The notes below the pieces were generated by a model. It had not been told where the DNA came from. It saw only the letters and a program-made list of their open reading frames with translations, and made no database searches. Positions 26,151 through 38,470 of a stretch of 64,000 nucleotides of DNA are shown one piece after another. Where the stretch lies: the NCBI RefSeq assembly GCF_003918875.1, contig NW_025767457.1, positions 496,001 through 560,000 of the forward strand, in the 5' to 3' direction. A program made the translations under genes and the position numbers. Source of the stretch: Haliotis rubra. Its lineage: Eukaryota. How positions within the stretch are numbered: position 1 is the stretch's first letter; every line of letters begins with the position of its first letter.

Positions 26151-27139
26151 CACATCTTCCCAATCAAATCCTCCGTCAGTATTCACATGAGAAGTAGGCT
26201 CCAAGCCAAAGAGGACAGGCTTGCAAGCCAACGATAGCACACACTCTGGCCTTTTCCAGATTAAGATATATTTCCCCCTCTTTGTCAACAGACGACACTA
26301 AACTAAGGGACATCCATATTCATGAATGTCCAATTACCATACTGTAAAAGATTTTAAGTATATTTTTATGTATTTAGGACGCGTGGGGTCTTGACACTGT
26401 TATTTAGAATGTTCTTGTCATTAATCTTCAAAGATGACTGAATTGAATCATCATTCAAGCGCTCAGGCTATTAAATCGCAACAATGCTTCCAGTATCTAA
26501 AGCTATGACATACTTTAAGAGCCAATCTTAAATTTACATTAATGTCAAGAAGATGCTGGTGTTGTACAGATTCTCACACTGTCTTGGGTTCATTGTGAAC
26601 ACATGCTTCACTGGGGAGTGTTTTCCAAACAAACGTGACACTATCAACAGAAATACACTGTTACCAAATCTGTCAAAACATGTATATCCCTGAATGATGA
26701 CAATCTTTACACAAAGCCTCACACTTATGTGAATAACAAAATCAAACAATATGATTGCCTAAATTCTAAAAACAAACTAAATCAAACCAAACCAAACAAA
26801 CCCTTTTGTATGCAAGATATTGATCTTACGGTTTTAATGGTTTGACAACTGATTCAACAAAGACTTGGTGAGTATATAGGACCCCAAACACCTCTGTGTG
26901 TCGTATAAAGCGAATAAATGGATCGGATATCCAGGTTCGATGGTGTGATCTATTACAAATCACCTTATCCCAATTCATGCTGATGATGTCAATCATTGGA
27001 CTCTCTAGTTCATACTTGATTAACTACAGGTTGCCTCATATGGCCGCAGTATTACATAGAGCCGTGATAGACAACAATTAATCAATCAGTCAACCAATCA
27101 ACTAATCAACCAACTAACCAATCAATTCATTTATCATCA

Positions 27140-27295
27140 TCGATACTGGATGCTAGAACCCTTATGGGTAGTGTTTGTGCAGACCAACATCGATTACACC
27201 TGTATCTATGAAAGGTTATACGATGAAGTAGTGCAACCACTAACATAAACTGGTCAAATCTTGCACAAATGGCTTTATTATCTATGATGATTGAG
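27140..27295 (+). pseudogene. Compressed PLE RT core relic
   Basis: TLMGSVCA..LY-YE..HKLVKSCTNGFIIYDD; compare IPMGTNCA..LYSYE..KKLAKSFNFTFRYIDD. Confidence 0.72.
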
Positions 27296-28351
27296 GAGAA
27301 AGGTGGAAGTCGAAGGTACTCGTAAAATCGCAGTTTGGCCATGTTACATAGTTCTTTAGTCAGCAAGGGTTACTAAAACGCCATTCAGTCATGGGCTGTG
27401 TCCTTTCAGGAGACGTTCTATGGAATTTGGGATCTCATAGACTCACAAATATTGTGGTAAAAGATACCTATAATATGCCACTTTTATATCCTGTTATCCA
27501 GTTATTAAACTACTTTAAGCAATATTGAGGATAATAATTATGTGAGCCGTATTTTTTGTTGAGCGCTTGTTTAACTAACATGGACCAGGGCTGAGTGAGA
27601 ATGGTATTCCAACAACCGGGGACACCGGAAATGAGGTTAACACATTTTACCTGTGTGGGGTATCGAACCCGGTTATTTGGTATAATATAACATACTACTC
27701 TACCCATCTCCAGTCATATCCCATGCTTAACCATCTCATTTAAATATATAGATTGATATAAGGCCAAGTAACTGAAACTACTCTTACTGCTCTGAAAGGT
27801 GAAAAGTCAAGTAGAGCAGATAGCTATGTAGTATTACTCAGATTTCATGTGATCTTTGTACACGGATTCCTTACTTCCCAGACATGAGACGATTTAAGTA
27901 GAAACGAAAGGTTTCAGTGCATGCTTGTTGACTAATGTCAAGGATGAACCTTTTCTTGTCTGAGGTTTGATCTGACACTGTAAGATTGACTACAAGTGGA
28001 CGCTGGACTACTCCAGTCACGAAACTGGTTAACAGATCCTCGTCCACCACCCACTCAATACAACTTGCGTGAGCTAAAGAAGTATTTGTAGCAGCCTGCA
28101 ACATTGGACTGAGGAGACGTTGGTCAATTGGGTGATTCTGCTGACAGCTCAAGTTCTGCTCGTACATCCACTTTGCATTGTAATTCGAAACTTGATGAAC
28201 ACCCAAAATCTGTCAATATTGCCCCACTTTCCTGGATTAATTTATTGCCTTTGTGGTATTCACATAGCTTTGAGCATAGAATGAAAGGAACATGTGACGC
28301 CACAGTTGCCTCACTTTCAGCCTTGAAAACTCTATAATGGCAGAACATTAA

Positions 28352-29728
28352 CTCTTTCAACACCAGTCAACCAGAGGCTTTTACTGCCATGACACTGACA
28401 TCTCAGAGACTCTGAGGTCATAGATGGAGCCTATATATGTTTATCAAGGAAAATATCAGCTTGTAAAAGATTATTGCTCTACATATCATACACCATTTGA
28501 AAGGTCTAATCCTACTGTTTATAAATATGAAATTTATTTTTGATCATATTATTCAAATAATCCAACTACAACGTAATTCATTTATTTTTTAATGAAAATA
28601 CAAGCTTAAAAATTTACAATGTCTACATAAACCACGAAGGGAGCAAAAAATGCGGCAATTTCTTCCATTTGTAACATGTCATAATATCCCCATACCTTTT
28701 TCTTCTATATTTTCATTTTTACGTAATCGGAAAATTATTTAAAAAAAGATTTCTCAAATAATATGTATGGTCGTCTATTTCCCGATATCAGTGACTTTCC
28801 GCTCGGTAACGTGATACAACAGCGGGAAATACCTCGGTTTTCGAAGCTTTGTATGAATAACACAAGAGGCGATTCGTTTGATGGCAGGTATCGTTCGAAA
28901 GCTCTGAACATCATCAATATCATTGTTCCCATGCCAAGAGTATTTTCACAGTTGTAAGAAGCGATTTTATTGGATAAAAATTGGTTTCTAATGACACTTT
29001 TTTCGCCACAGTCTGATATAAGGATCGTGATTGGTCAAAATTGTACACGTGACCTAAGGCAGCCAATCATATTACAGCAATGGATACCGTCCCCGTAAAC
29101 GAAAACTAATGAGTCTGAACTTGTTACGCAATAAATCACCACCTATACGCATGTTATGGGACTTAGTGGACGTATCGTGCTAGGTTATGGCCTGTGACAA
29201 ATATGCTTCATGCATATATTTTAGCATTATACATCGTGTCCGAGCATGAAGTTCGAGTCGACGAAAGCCGAGATGTCACTTGAATTACATTATACGATCG
29301 CTCAAAAAAGATGGAAATAGCAAGTTATAATGTACGTTTGACAACTTTATGAGTACTGTTGTGGATTTTATTCTTCAGTTTATTCAGTTTGTTTAATTAT
29401 TTTCTCGAAACATCGTTACTTTGCTCTTTGACAACTTTGCCGTGGACCCTTGCCGAAGCATGTGTCTGAGAATTGTTTTTTTTCAATAACATTGCGAAAA
29501 ATAGTTTATAATTCTAATCCTGTCGATAATATATGGTCATTTGAAATTTAATGAGTGTTTTCAGACATTGTGAAAAGTGACAGATTTGATAAATGAATCA
29601 TATGTTAGTTAGGTTCCTAAAATTATAGATCATTTTGATGCGACCACTGCCTGGTCGGTTTTCCGGCCTACGGTGTCTGGGGACTCGTGACGTCTTGGCC
29701 GGTTTTCCGGCCTACGGTGTTGAATGGG
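28352..29728. mobile_element. Non-autonomous piggyBac-like element
   Basis: TTAA at 28348-28351 and 29729-29732; ends ctctttcaacacc / ggtgttgaatggg; subterminal direct repeat cggttttccggcctacggtgt; empty site in the paralog at ~8101-8120. Confidence 0.82.
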
Positions 29729-30549
29729 TTAATATTAAGAATAATTCATGGTTTTAGATAACTGCTCATACCCCTGTTATACACAGTCTCTGTCATTTGT
29801 TACTAACATTGGAAACAATGTGGATTGTGACACAAGGTCAAAGCGATATATCAGGATCAACGTTGATTTTAAGGGTACATATTGCTTGATATCAGATATA
29901 GGTAGCGTCAATACAAGTATGTATATTGTTATTAGAATGAGCATATTTTTGTTGCGCCAAATAAAAACCTAGAGCATGTTCAAAGCACTACGTTATAAAC
30001 TCGGTCAGTGATTCAGCAGCATTCGTTCGATTTTCATTCCGAAATCAGGGGGGAATATACGAAGCAGGGCGAAGCAGGACCTAATTTGTGGCTTGCGCTG
30101 CACTCAAGACCAATCGTCACCACGCTGTTGTCATGTATCTTCCCTAAGGAAGCCATATTTCAATAAGTCACCAATGTATTATTTATGCAATAGCTTCATG
30201 TGTTATCTCAAACGTATATTGTCTCAATTCCTACAATTTGTAGTGAGTGTTCCTCTCATCCATATCGTGAATCGAAGGTGTTACATGCAGCAGAAACTGG
30301 AAACAGGAACATGGGATTCCGGAAGGGCTACACAGAGAAGAATGGATGGTGTGCTGTAAACAATTAGTGTTTCACTCACAACCAAAGCCCAAGGGGCTGA
30401 AAGGTGACCTGACTTGCCTCATTCGATTTCATTTGAGGCCGAAATGTAAAAGGTGACCTCTCTTTCTTCTTTTCTTCTCAGTTAAGAGTTAATGAAGTAA
30501 CCACTTCCTCATCAGAATTACTTACTTCCTTATCAGTTTAAAAGTTAAC

Positions 30550-31440
30550 ATGTCCCCGACAAAGCTTCAATAATTTTATACACCCTTTAGGTTCACAGCC
30601 TACTGTTACAAGATGGATTACATTGACTTAAATTGCTATTTTGAAGAATATCACTGACCTCTAAAACAGGCATCGCCATCCACAAAAGTGTAAATGAGAT
30701 CTGTGAAGGCCTGAGTTTAAATAGCGCGTAGCTATATGTTGCGTATCCTCGTTCACCGACGGTGTAAGGCTCATAATGTCAACTGCAAATAAATAAAAAT
30801 CCAATCAATCTGAGTTTAGGCCTTCTTCAAAGGAGTATAAATGTCTTCGTAATAAATATAGACAATTAACTTAGGAAGTTTGATTGATAGCTTCTGATCC
30901 CCGCATAGATTGAATTGAATGCATATAAAATGTTTCGTTGTGGACATTACATGATGTCAAAGGGATTATCTACAGGTAGTGACAAGTAAGTAAGATAAGC
31001 TGGGATCTGTCACCTTGGAAGATGGAAAAACTTGAGGAATGTGATCAAGTTCTATCAGAAAAAGGGCTTTATACCTAATGTTATCCATGGAGATATAGGC
31101 TCGATGATATCAGCTTTCAAAAGCTTCTGACATCCGATCAAAAACGCATTGTCATATATCATAGTACAGATTGCCAGTTTCTTGCAAATGAATTATGTAT
31201 GAAAGCGGATGGAGTAAGTAAGATCTTCAGATTTCCTGTGCCTGTTTTAAGCAAAACCTTTATCATATATGACTAATCGAAAGCGGTACTCTCCGCCGCT
31301 TCACCGAGAATCAACTTGATTAAAAGTCATATATTACCGCTGATAATGTCCATGTGAATACACTGATGGTCTCATCAATCACAAGCCGTTTATAGATCAA
31401 TCAGTCCCAAAGGGACAGGATGGTTACACAGGTCGTAGGG
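30550..31440 (+). pseudogene. Long PLE relic covering the pre-RT N-terminal region and RT fingers/palm
   Basis: VPDKAS, KMDYID, FRPSSK, FKSF-D, LCMKADGVSKIFRFPVPVLSKTFII, RFTENQL, ITADNVHV, VPKGQD in canonical order. Confidence 0.72.
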
Positions 31441-31830
31441 TGCTTCATGGAGATTTAAGATTTCCGATAAGTTCCTTGCAGATATCCCGCGTCCTTATAG
31501 TTTTCCGATATTTCAGCTATATGAGGCGGTCTGTAAATAATACTGTCTGAACCAGACAATTCAGTGAAAGGGGCACGATGGCGTCCCCGAGCCTGACCAC
31601 CCTATCCATTGAAACGCTTTTTACGTGCAGCGTGGATTGCTGGAGGCCACTTCTAACCCGGAATCAAATTATCGGTTAGGTGACATTGTCATGAATACTG
31701 CATGCAATTGTAGTTTGCATTTGCTTTCATGTTTTATGGGTACGAAGTTTTTCAATTTTCAAAATTCAGATTCAAGATTTGAAAAGGGATCTCTGTCTAT
31801 AAACGTCATTGACTGTATCACGGTATGATA

Positions 31831-32175
31831 CGAAGGGGGTCCCCAAAGTTTCCGGCCCAATCATGAAAAATACGATATGCACGGAAATCGTTCTACCTAA
31901 TTTTCACCCTTGACTTCTATACACTTGATCCAACGTTTCTCCAATATTTGTAACCCATCCGAAAAAGCACAGTTTGTCACGTGACCCTAAAAAGCCCTCC
32001 ACGGCAGTAATAAAGTGCTCATTTATCTCACATTTGCGACCTCAGAGCTCAGATGTGAGCCGAGGAAGGAGTCAGAGGGCGAGAATATGCTGGACATGGG
32101 ATGATCTTAAAGCCACAGTCCTGTGCAGCGCTGACTGCTACTTGAGCAATGTGAACTTGCTGAAAAACAAAAATA
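31831..32175 (-). mobile_element. mariner relic (transposase C-terminus plus one TIR)
   Basis: Minus strand HIAQVAVSAAQDCGFKIIPCPAYS..PSDSFL..GRK..ITAVEGFL..LEKRWIKCIEVKGE; TA then cgaagggggtccccaaagtttccggc. Confidence 0.85.
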
Positions 32176-33149
32176 TAATGATGCAAAACTGTCACCAAAA
32201 CCATATTCTCTTTGGAGACGTTATCTACAACAACGCAACACTTGTCACGTGTTATGTCACTAGATAACCATATTCTGTTAGTGAATCAAGTGAATCGATA
32301 CCTAACTTCCATATGAACATCTCGGACAATTCTTGGGTTGGGGAGTGTTGCATCACAATTCTTGGGAGATCACAAAATACTTTAATATTTTCCATAAGGT
32401 AACGATTACACCACGATTTACTTTTTCCTTTAAGCATATACACGCATTACCCGTCAAAACAACGAATGTTTTTGCCATATGCTCAATTTAGTTATGCACA
32501 TGCATTTCCTTGCATCTTTTGTTGAAATATTAAAGCTAATGTTTACGCAACAAAGAATGAGTTTCGTAAGTCTTATAATTTGTTTTATCTGACAGCATAA
32601 TTATCACAGATCTAGTCTTGGCTCATTTCACATGCCCATTTCTTGTTTCCCCCGCCGTGATGTTGCTGGAATATTGCTAAAAGCGGCGTAAAACCAAACT
32701 CAGTCAGTCAGTCATTTCACATGCAATACGCTCAACCTTTTAAACATTGCTGAGCTATTTCCCTCTTGACTCAGATTGATTTCAAGCATATACAAAATGA
32801 AGTCCTTATTCAGGTGAATGTGTAATGTCTTCATCAGATTACATTCATGTATCCCTAAATGCGAAAATAAAACGACGAATATATCGTTTTGCATTTTCCT
32901 ATAGCCAGAAGTATTCAATAAATGTAGAAATGACAAGGAATCCAATTATGATCTTTCATCTGCTGATGGAGCTAATCATTGCAAACACGAAAATACATTC
33001 CGACAAGCGCCTTACACTTCCAAACACCAATGACCATTATTTGGACCCGTTGCATGTCGTGCATTGTCGAAATCCTATGAACTTCTCAATGGCGTGACTA
33101 CATTAAAATGTCAATTCTTTAGAGATATATACATTTGCATCTCTGTCAC

Positions 33150-33780
33150 AAGAAAGAGGACAGAATCCAAGGATAATGGATGTGAGTCTACCCTCATGAA
33201 TCAATGTGTTCATATGAGGCACTGGGGACTGGCACTGAACCAGGGGATGTAGCTATACCAGTAACACCATAAACGCATCAATCTATTTTCAACTAGGTAT
33301 GCAGTATGTTTCGGTTTTTAAAGTGATTTGGCATACATGAAAACAGACTCTAGCAAAATGTATAAAGAGTGTAGAAGCAGATAATTGGTGTTTTATGGCA
33401 TTCCAATTTCCGATTGTGAAAGATCTATGAGGCCTTCCGGCCATACAGTGTTCCTTCCATCATACGTTGATTGAAATATCTATAAAACCTACCTTGTAGT
33501 GCTACAACTCAAAGAACACTAATTGCTCACGATGCCAAGCTTGATTGGCTCAGTGCTATATGAAAAGCTGATTAGGTTGAACTACTTACTGATGTGTACT
33601 GAAAGAGTTCATTCTGAGGACATATTTTTTTAGGCTGTTGATATTATGCCAGTATATTATTTCTGATCATTTGGTGAATCGATTTGGAGCTGGGGTTTGG
33701 GATGGCAACCATTGGACATGTCCAAGCAATATAGAAGACATTGTCCTTTAAATCTTAGTAAGTTCTTGTAAAGTCTATTT
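33150..33780 (+). pseudogene. Full-span compressed PLE RT relic, highly similar between duplication arms
   Basis: MDVS-TLMN..VH, MFRFL, KQIIGV / YGIPI, VFLPSYVD, DVY*KEFILRT, VWDG, PSNI in canonical order. Confidence 0.72.
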
Positions 33781-33837
33781 GAACATATTTCAATTATATC
33801 ACGTCACTGTGGAGGAAATTCATGGAAGTTTACTACT

Positions 33838-34330
33838 TTGGTAAAATCAATGCTATTGCTGACAAACAATAATCTGGTACATATTCCAACACACGATCAT
33901 AGGTTTCTTAAACGCCTAAAGGTCACAACTATATGTTGTTATTTGCAGCGCTTTAGACCTTTGAATGGAACACAGAGAGAAATACGATCACTACATTCAA
34001 CCCATTTGTTAGAAATGACAAATTATGCAATAGCATTGACCCTTTCTTGGTGGCTGACGTCTTTCAACGGGATTAATTGGACGATTTCAAGGGACCTACT
34101 CACTCCTACTCCTGTATATCTGGAGAGGAGTCCTTGGTTTATTGATTTATTGATTTATGAAGTTCTCTGATCCATCGTGACCCCCGAGCGTTTGGAAATA
34201 GGATCACAGGCATGGAAAAGTGAAATTGGAACCACGGCCCCGTGTTTCCAGTATCAACATGCAATCCCACAGTTGCCTTGTGAACATATATGCGGGAGGA
34301 CCAAATCCCATTATTTTAAGTTGATCATTC
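33838..34330 (+). pseudogene. Compressed PLE RT relic
   Basis: LVHIPTHD..LKRLK..CCY..NGTQREIRSL..RSPWFIDLLI; then CFQYQHAIPQLPC. Confidence 0.62.
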
Positions 34331-34391
34331 ATCCACCTTCCACTACTGCTTTTCGGTTTTTTCTTACTTTGATGGTTATTTTGCTGTAGTA

Positions 34392-35693
34392 TAGTATGAC
34401 CAGAAATGATTGAGAATGTTAGGAATATGTTTAATTGGATTTCTAGTATAAACAACCTTGACCAGCTATCAAGTGCTTGGTTTCATTCAAGAGAGAAAAC
34501 TCCATTAATCCTTTTTTTTTATTAGTTTGTGAAGAGTTATCCCCCTTTGTGTACTTGCTAGCAGACGACATTTTCAGTGATCCTCAGTATGGATGAGTTA
34601 GAGAAGAGGAAGTTGATTTTAGAGTATTATAACAAGGACATCAGATCAGCTAAAGTGATTTCAAGTAGAACAGGCATCCCTTTGTCCACTGTTTATCGTG
34701 TTTTGAAAAATATTGCAAATGGATATGGCATTGAGCACCAGGGAGGCGCAGGTAGGCCCAGAAAATTGACTGTCGGTGACAGGAGGCGGCTTTGTATTCT
34801 TGTTTCTAAAAGCAAACGAAGGAATTTAGAAAACTTAAGGCTGGATATGATTGATAGAGGAACTGTGGCTGTCTGTAAGGAGACAATTAGAACTGAGCTG
34901 CATGCAATGGGTTGGCAGAAAAGTCGAGGAATTCCATCACCGATCATGAAACCTAAACAAAAGGAGCGAAGGTTGAACTGGTGCTTACAGTATAGAAATT
35001 TGAACTGGGACAATGTGATTTTCTCAAATGAAAGTTCTGTGTGGCTGTTTCCTAATACACTGAAATTCTGGACCAAACAAACTGAAAAACCTTTGTATCA
35101 GCGCCCAAAGTACAGTCCGAAACGTAACGTGTGGGGTGGCATATCTGTGTTAGGGGCAACGCCCCTCTGTGTATTTGAAGGGAATATGAACAGTGAGCGC
35201 TACACAGATATTCTCGAGGGACATTTACTTCCATCTGCTCACGTGTTCTATGGAAATGTTTGAATTTTCCAGCAGGACAACGACCCAAAACATCGTTCAA
35301 AGCATTCACAGGCCTGGTTTCGGACCCAAAATATGACATTATTTGATTGGCCAAGCTATAGCCCTGACCTAAATCCAATAGAAAATGTTTAGGGACTTAT
35401 GAAGGAAAGTGTCAATAAGAAAAATCTGACAAATATTGCTGAAATGAAAGAAGAGGTGGTCCGATATTGGGACAGCATGGACCACGACTTTCGAACTTCT
35501 TTGATCAGTAGTATGCCCCGCCGCATTGAAGCCTGCATTGCTGCCCATGGTGACTTGACAAAATACTAACTGTTCACCTGTCTTTGAATCTGGAGTTATG
35601 TTCTGCAAATATTCACATTTAATACGTGAGAAATGAGTTAAAAAATTAAAAAAATTACAATCTTTATATTCTCAATAATTTCTGGTTGTACTG
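34392..35693 (+). mobile_element. Tc1 family A, copy 2 (full length, 1302 bp)
   Basis: TA at 34390-34391 and 35694-35695; imperfect ~26-bp TIRs tagtatgaccagaaatgattgagaat / attctcaataatttctggttgtactg. Confidence 0.95.
34589..35569 (+). pseudogene. Tc1 DD34E transposase pseudogene
   Basis: Single frame with GRPRK, FSNES (first catalytic D changed to N), QQDNDPKH, WPSYSPDLNPIE (34 residues between D and E); stops at 35261-35263 and 35390-35392. Confidence 0.93.
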
Positions 35694-36168
35694 TACATAA
35701 ACAGTGACGTAGCAATAATTCTTTTTTCATTCTTGAAAAACAGCTGCGGCGAAAAAGCATATAGAGAGAACATGTAGAGGCAAAACATGTACATATGACA
35801 TCATCGATAATTGATGCTGACGTCGATAATGCCCCCATCAGCAAGAAAAACGACGACAACGACCGCAGCAATAGCAATAACATGAGAACTATGTACCCAC
35901 GTGCTTACCCATATCTATGGTTCTACACATGACACACACAACACACACACATTCAATATCTATATGTACGCATTACCCACGTGGTTCTACACATGACTTT
36001 ACAAACTGTGATTAAACACATATGTTGAAACCCAAACTGTCGGGCGAGGATAGTGTCAACAATATATGACTGACTTACATATTTTCTAATTCATATCTGA
36101 AATCAATAAACCCCATGCTTACAACGAAACATGAACAAGAGTGGTAGCACGAATTATTGCATGTTTGT

Positions 36169-36401
36169 NNNNNNNNNNNNNNNNNNNNNNNNNNNNNNNN
36201 NNNNNNNNNNNNNNNNNNNNNNNNNNNNNNNNNNNNNNNNNNNNNNNNNNNNNNNNNNNNNNNNNNNNNNNNNNNNNNNNNNNNNNNNNNNNNNNNNNNN
36301 NNNNNNNNNNNNNNNNNNNNNNNNNNNNNNNNNNNNNNNNNNNNNNNNNNNNNNNNNNNNNNNNNNNNNNNNNNNNNNNNNNNNNNNNNNNNNNNNNNNN
36401 N
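36169..36401. other. Assembly gap (N)
   Basis: Run of N. Confidence 1.
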
Positions 36402-37748
36402 ATGTCGAAGTTTGTGGATGCATGATGTGTTAGGTTTTTTTTTTTAAACGGAGACTTACATATTGTGTAAGTGTGTAAATATGCGTGGTTCAGTTTGTGT
36501 ACAAGGATGTCGTTGTGTGAGTGATTTGATGCGTGATGGTCCGTGAGTATGAGGACTATTAGAGTGTGTGCATACACTATCATTAATTAGCGGAAAAATG
36601 AGTTACCACATCATTCTATTCGTCCTATCACATGAAACCTGTTTCCACATAAACTGAAGCATTAATATGATATTTACCCCGCTAGAGTTGATCGTATTAG
36701 CATTTGATTCGCGTGGGCGCCGTTTTCAATCACTCCTTTTTCACTGTCTCAGGTCGCCATAAAGGTCATCTTGATTTTCTCATCAACAAGATAATCAATC
36801 TACCATGATTTGACTCATGTCTCGGCCAATTCATGGAAGCACCTGCTGATGTCTCGCGATTATACATTTGTCAAATTCCTTTCTACCCTTGTTCATCTCA
36901 AGTGGTCTATATGGTTGAGCAATGCCGACGACATGTTAACTCCGAACACACCGACTCATCCATCTCATGTGATATTAAACTGACCACACAGTCAATGCAT
37001 TATCCGTAGGTACACACCATCGACACGAACCAGCCAGTTTTAATTTAATCCAAACATTTCTTTTCAAGTAACACATAAGTCAACATAGATGACTGCTACT
37101 GAGTTTGTGATGATAGTCAGGGACTTCAGTCCACCAACAGAAACATCGGCCCAGTTCCAATACATATACAAGGTTGATGCAAGAGAACAAACAACGGATT
37201 CCATTTGGCGCAGAGGACGAATGGGCCACAACTGCAGGTGTTCCCCAAAAGTTAAGCAGTTTTTGCTCTACAGGTACCAAACGCAATTTGTATTATAATA
37301 AGCATTACATTTTGTTTGCCAATTACCATGAAATCAGACAATCAATCAAGATCGATGGACCAGAAAATCCATGTGCAGTGTAGAGACCGATTCTTTAGAA
37401 TTAACACTAGTTTAGGACGTCCAGACTTATACGGACAGGAAATAGACAGAAACTGGAAAATATTCCAAATCTTTACTGAAATCCGCACATTTACTTGCTT
37501 GGCACATGCTACACTCATGTACTCGCTTATTTCAAAACACATGGTTAATATCCAGCTGATACGTCTGTTAACTGATTTGTTATGGTTCAGGAATACACAT
37601 AGACACATAATACACGTATCGACTCTTGCCACCACTCAATATACCTTTAATATTGATCTAAGTTACACAAGCTGTTTTCTTCACTTGAAGGCTTTGCCGT
37701 TCTAGCTGATAAATTGAATCAGATCCATACGTAGATTTATGCGGGTTC

Positions 37749-38460
37749 GTGACAGAAATCAATATATGTTTCCAGACCCTATTTAGTCATGTCAGTTTTA
37801 ATTTGCAACGTTCACAGGAAATAAATATCACTGACACTGCTACTGAAATACTTGAACGTGTTTATTATGCTACCAACACTTATGAATACAATATGTGGAG
37901 TATGTGTGATGATGATCATTTGGCTCATCTAGGTGTTATATGTATTTTCACAGAACAGCATTTCTATTTTAAAGCGAATTCTTTTCGTCCTGAGACGAAA
38001 TGTTTGTATTTATACATACCAATACAATGAAACGCACGACCCAACCAAACCAACCTCAAACAACACCCCTTCCAAAACCCCAAAACACATCAACCAAAAA
38101 ACAAAACAAACAAACAAAAAACCACACACAGAAATATGTTTAAAGGACAAGTAAGAGAAGAAAGCTCTCTATCCAGAACCAAACCAACAAAGTACTAAAA
38201 ACATCCATGCTGGTTTGGCTGTTCTCTAGGACACACCAGCTTACGCTTGACGTTCACTATAGTTGTAGTAACTACAATCCTGTTTTACAATGGACAACAC
38301 TGCCCTGTAACAATGTTTTGGTTAAGATGAACACACAGTGGCTGATGTTTGGGCGGAAACTTGTTACAGTGCATTTATACTTATTGACATATTTACTTAT
38401 ACTGAATATGATATCATTCCGATTGGATGAGATGTACCCACGTCAGGTAAAGTACTCCTG
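37749..38460 (+). pseudogene. Hyper-diverged PLE RT relics
   Basis: CFQTLFSHV..TYEY..FYFKANSFR..IP; SNYNPVL..LYLLTYLLILNMISFRLDEMYPRQV. Confidence 0.55.
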
Positions 38461-38470
38461 TTACAATATA

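Noticed and set aside
27875-28331. Minus-strand exon-like block with AG/GT ends (VFKAESE...LNRLMSG)
   Set aside because: Needs a frameshift, the donor is not conserved in the paralog, and no protein family was recognised. The + strand shows weak PLE-like motifs (NIAPL..HSFE), partly out of order, so it is left uncalled.
18031-36583. ORFs in the track that span N runs
   Set aside because: Artefacts of assembly gaps
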